Translations under genes and position numbers: made by a program
Assembly: GCA_019358935.1 (NCBI GenBank)
Contig: JAHHIK010000053.1
Location: forward strand, 1 to 56,399
Length of the DNA stretch: 56,399 bases
Direction of reading: 5' to 3'
Origin: Tolypothrix carrinoi HA7290-LM1
Lineage (GTDB): Bacteria; Cyanobacteriota; Cyanobacteriia; Cyanobacteriales; Nostocaceae
Notes under the pieces: model-generated
What the model was told of the DNA's origin: nothing
What the model saw: the letters and a program-made list of their open reading frames with translations, nothing else
Databases searched by the model: none
Shown: in pieces, positions 53,787 through 56,399 of the stretch
Layout of the letters: each line of letters begins with the position of its first letter
Numbering within the stretch: the stretch's first letter is position 1

Positions 53787-54041
53787 ATGCAGCTAAAAAC
53801 AGAACTTGTTCAAGCGATCGCTGCTTTGGATAAAAACAAACTTCAAGCTGAGTTTCAAGATCAAAATGAATTATTGGTGGTAGAAAACTTTCTCCCTAAC
53901 ATCATCTTGGATGAGTTACTTGCTGTTTTGCCATTCCTCAAAAAAGCGATTAATCGTAACTATATTTCCAATTCTAAAAAGGGTGGAAGTATCAGTCGCG
54001 AAGAGCGCTCTTCCTTGGTTTTCGTGTTTGTGTTTCGTTGA
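53787..54041 (+). pseudogene. Truncated protein, probably the N-terminus of a 2OG-Fe(II) oxygenase
   Basis: VENFLP...NRNYISNSKKGGSIS, then unrelated sequence and a REP-like repeat; no HxD...H catalytic part. Confidence 0.55.
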
Positions 54042-54100
54042 TATTTCAGCGCGCTTTGCGCCGACTACGAAGATATATAATCTCAGTTAATGATTTAATT

Positions 54101-54838
54101 ATGAAGGCATTGATATTAGCCGCCGGCGTTGGTAAACGCTTGGGTAAAGATGGGGAAAATCAACCTAAATGCTTGCTGAAATTTAACGGAAAATCTCTCT
54201 TAGAGCGTCATTTAGATTATTTGCGTTATTGTCAAATTGAGTCAGTTGCGATTGTTGTCGGTTATCAAGCTGAGAAAATTCAAGATGAAATCACAGCATT
54301 GAAAGCAGAAAATTGGGTGAGTACAGTTTATAATCCTGACTACACCAAAGGCAGTATCATCAGTTTGGGGACTTTAAAAAAACACTTAACTGCTGGTGAT
54401 GAGATTTTATTAATGGATGCAGATGTATTATACGATCGCCGCATTCTTGAGCAACTGGTGAAAACAAATATCCCCAACTGTTTCTTATTAGATCGAGATT
54501 TTGAACCGGGAGAAGAACCGGTAAAGCTTTGCGTGCAAGATAATTATCTGGTGGAATTTAGAAAAAAACTGGCAGCGGATCTTACTTATGATTTTGCCGG
54601 CGAATCAGTGGGATTCTTTCGTTTTGAGAGTGCGATCGCTCATCGTCTTGCCGCTATCACCGAAGATTATATTACAAACAAACGCCATGAAGAACCATTA
54701 GAAGAAGCAATTCGAGATTTGTTATTAGAAAACCCTAAAACATTTGGTTACGAAGACATCACCGGCTTACCTTGGATAGAAATCGACTTTCCCGAAGACA
54801 TTAAACGTGCTAAAAACGAAATTTTACCTCAGTTATAA
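54101..54838 (+). CDS. Phosphocholine/phosphonate cytidylyltransferase family (LicC/PntC-like)
   Basis: MKALILAAGVGKRL, PKCLL, LMDADVLYD, GESVG, WIEIDFPED. Confidence 0.9.
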   Translation: MKALILAAGVGKRLGKDGENQPKCLLKFNGKSLLERHLDYLRYCQIESVAIVVGYQAEKIQDEITALKAENWVSTVYNPDYTKGSIISLGTLKKHLTAGDEILLMDADVLYDRRILEQLVKTNIPNCFLLDRDFEPGEEPVKLCVQDNYLVEFRKKLAADLTYDFAGESVGFFRFESAIAHRLAAITEDYITNKRHEEPLEEAIRDLLLENPKTFGYEDITGLPWIEIDFPEDIKRAKNEILPQL

Positions 54839-55027
54839 ATAAACAGATGAATTAGTTTCTATGTCTCACGCAGAGGCACAGAGGCACAGAGAAAATATAT
54901 ACATAAATGCTAAGATTCTCTTTGCATCTACCCTGCGGTAACGCCTGACGGCGAATGCGTCTCTGCCTGAAATAATCATCCCAAAAATATACACTCATAT
55001 TTAAGACTTTTACATTCATCAGAAGAA

Positions 55028-56287
55028 ATGGATCAAATAGCATCAGTCACCACAACAAAACAAACTAAATGCACGCAATTGCGAGAATTGCTAAAATCGC
55101 CACAACTTGAATTTATCATGGAAGCACACAATGGAATTAGCGCTCGCATTGTGGAAGAAGCTGGATTTAAAGGAATTTGGGCAAGTGGATTAGCTGTTTC
55201 TGCTCAATTTGGGGTGCGCGATAATAATGAAGCGAGTTGGACTCAAGTTGTAGAAATGCTAGAGTTCATGTCTGATGTAACTCAAATTCCGATTTTATTA
55301 GATGGAGATACAGGTTACGGCAATTTTAATAATATGCGTCGTTTAGTGAAGAAATTAGAACAGCGAGGTATTGCAGGAGTATGTATTGAAGATAAGCTTT
55401 TTCCTAAGACTAATAGTTTCATTAATGGTAGTCGTCAACCTTTAGCTGATATTGATGAATTCTGTGGTAAAATAAAAGCGGGTAAAGATAGCCAAACAGA
55501 TCCAGATTTCTCGATTGTCGCTCGAATTGAAGCTTTGATTGCCGGGTGGGATTTATCCGAAGCATTGCGCCGAGCTGAAGCTTACCACGCAGCGGGAGCG
55601 GATGCAATTTTGATTCACAGTAAATCATCTCGTCCCGACCAAGTGCTAGCCTTTGCCGAAGAGTGGGCGAATCGTTCTCCGTTGGTGATTGTACCAACTA
55701 AATATTACAGCACTGCTACCGACGTTTTTCGCAAAGCCAAGATTAGTTTAGTAATTTGGGCAAATCATCTGATTCGCGCTGCTGTAACTAGTATGCAGGC
55801 GATCGCTCGCGAAGTTCAAGCTAGCCAAAGCCTAGTTAGTATTGAAGACGATATCGCACCTGTAAAGGAAATTTTTCGTTTACAGGGTGCAGATGAACTG
55901 CTAGAAGCAGAAAAACGCTACTTTACCAACGGACGCAATTATACACGGGCGATCGTTCTCGCTGCAACTAGAGGACAAGAATTGCAACAATTAACTCAAG
56001 ATAAGCCTAAAGTTATGTTACCCATTGGTGGTAAACCTTTGCTCAGGCTTTTGGTAGATAAATTCAAAAAACTTGCCATTAATGATATTACTGTCGTCGC
56101 CGGTTTTAAGGCAGATACTATCGACGTTCAGGGAACTAAAGTTATCCGCAATGCAGATTATGAAACAACCGGAGAATTAGCTTCTTTAGCTTGTGCTTCT
56201 GCTAAATTTAGCGACGATATGCTAATAGTTTATGGCGATTTACTTTTTAGAAGTTACATTTTGCGAGATTTATTAGAGGATGTTTGA
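55028..56287 (+). CDS. pepM: Phosphoenolpyruvate mutase fused to a C-terminal nucleotidyltransferase, truncated by IS5
   Basis: DGDTGYG and [10 protein letters not shown] (PepM-specific EDKxxxxxNS). The second domain AIVLAATRG...DKPKVML stops inside the IS end. Confidence 0.93.
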   Translation: MDQIASVTTTKQTKCTQLRELLKSPQLEFIMEAHNGISARIVEEAGFKGIWASGLAVSAQFGVRDNNEASWTQVVEMLEFMSDVTQIPILLDGDTGYGNFNNMRRLVKKLEQRGIAGVCIEDKLFPKTNSFINGSRQPLADIDEFCGKIKAGKDSQTDPDFSIVARIEALIAGWDLSEALRRAEAYHAAGADAILIHSKSSRPDQVLAFAEEWANRSPLVIVPTKYYSTATDVFRKAKISLVIWANHLIRAAVTSMQAIAREVQASQSLVSIEDDIAPVKEIFRLQGADELLEAEKRYFTNGRNYTRAIVLAATRGQELQQLTQDKPKVMLPIGGKPLLRLLVDKFKKLAINDITVVAGFKADTIDVQGTKVIRNADYETTGELASLACASAKFSDDMLIVYGDLLFRSYILRDLLEDV

Positions 56288-56399
56288 AAAGTCGAAGCAG
56301 GTCAAAAATCATGCGAGTCGTCGAATCATAATACGTATCATCGCAATATAAATAAAAGTTTCCGAAGTTTCTGGTAGACGTTCATAATCCTTACTTAAA
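56276..56399 (-). mobile_element. IS5-family (IS1031-like) element end; transposase C-terminus at 56309-56398
   Basis: TTA|GAGGATGTTTGAAAAGT terminal repeat; minus strand reads LSKDYERLPETSETFIYIAMIRIMIRRLA*. Confidence 0.88.

Larger units (their letters stand above)
1..56399. repeat. HIP1 palindrome GCGATCGC, highly over-represented
   Basis: Dozens of copies throughout, for example near 1863, 4484, 5118, 11517 and 51947. Confidence 0.95.

Noticed and set aside
1..56399. Composite transposon bounded by the two terminal IS ends; tRNA or rRNA genes
   Set aside because: The IS ends belong to different families and flank core genes, so they are more likely assembly breakpoints. No tRNA or rRNA was recognised.

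Overview
A 56.4 kb stretch from a filamentous cyanobacterium, most likely Nostocales (abundant HIP1 GCGATCGC, STRR heptamer repeats, ndhH, cruA, psb34). Each end is a partial IS (IS66 left, IS5/IS1031-type right), so the window is probably a whole contig. Most of it is housekeeping: rsmH, ndhH, cruA, 6S RNA, cimA, thiO-thiG, MidA-type methyltransferase, DUF318/TIGR03943 permease operon, Trx/CcdA/cytochrome b, GH57-like protein, phoX. Many of these genes carry short tandem or dispersed repeats inserted in frame. The best candidate for an undescribed system is at the right end. There, hopanoid-tailoring genes (hpnP, hpnJ, hpnI) run co-directionally into phosphonate genes (CDP-alcohol phosphotransferase, truncated oxygenase, cytidylyltransferase, PEP mutase), which suggests a phosphonolipid or phosphonylated-hopanoid pathway; pepM is cut by an IS5. 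Other notable items are a membrane-anchored HEAT-repeat/STAND NTPase with hypervariable 102-bp repeats, a stand-alone DXCF cyanobacteriochrome, a nested family of about 50-bp structured repeats with covarying stems, and a decayed AT-rich peptidase/asnB island. Family calls come from motif recognition only; no searches were run.
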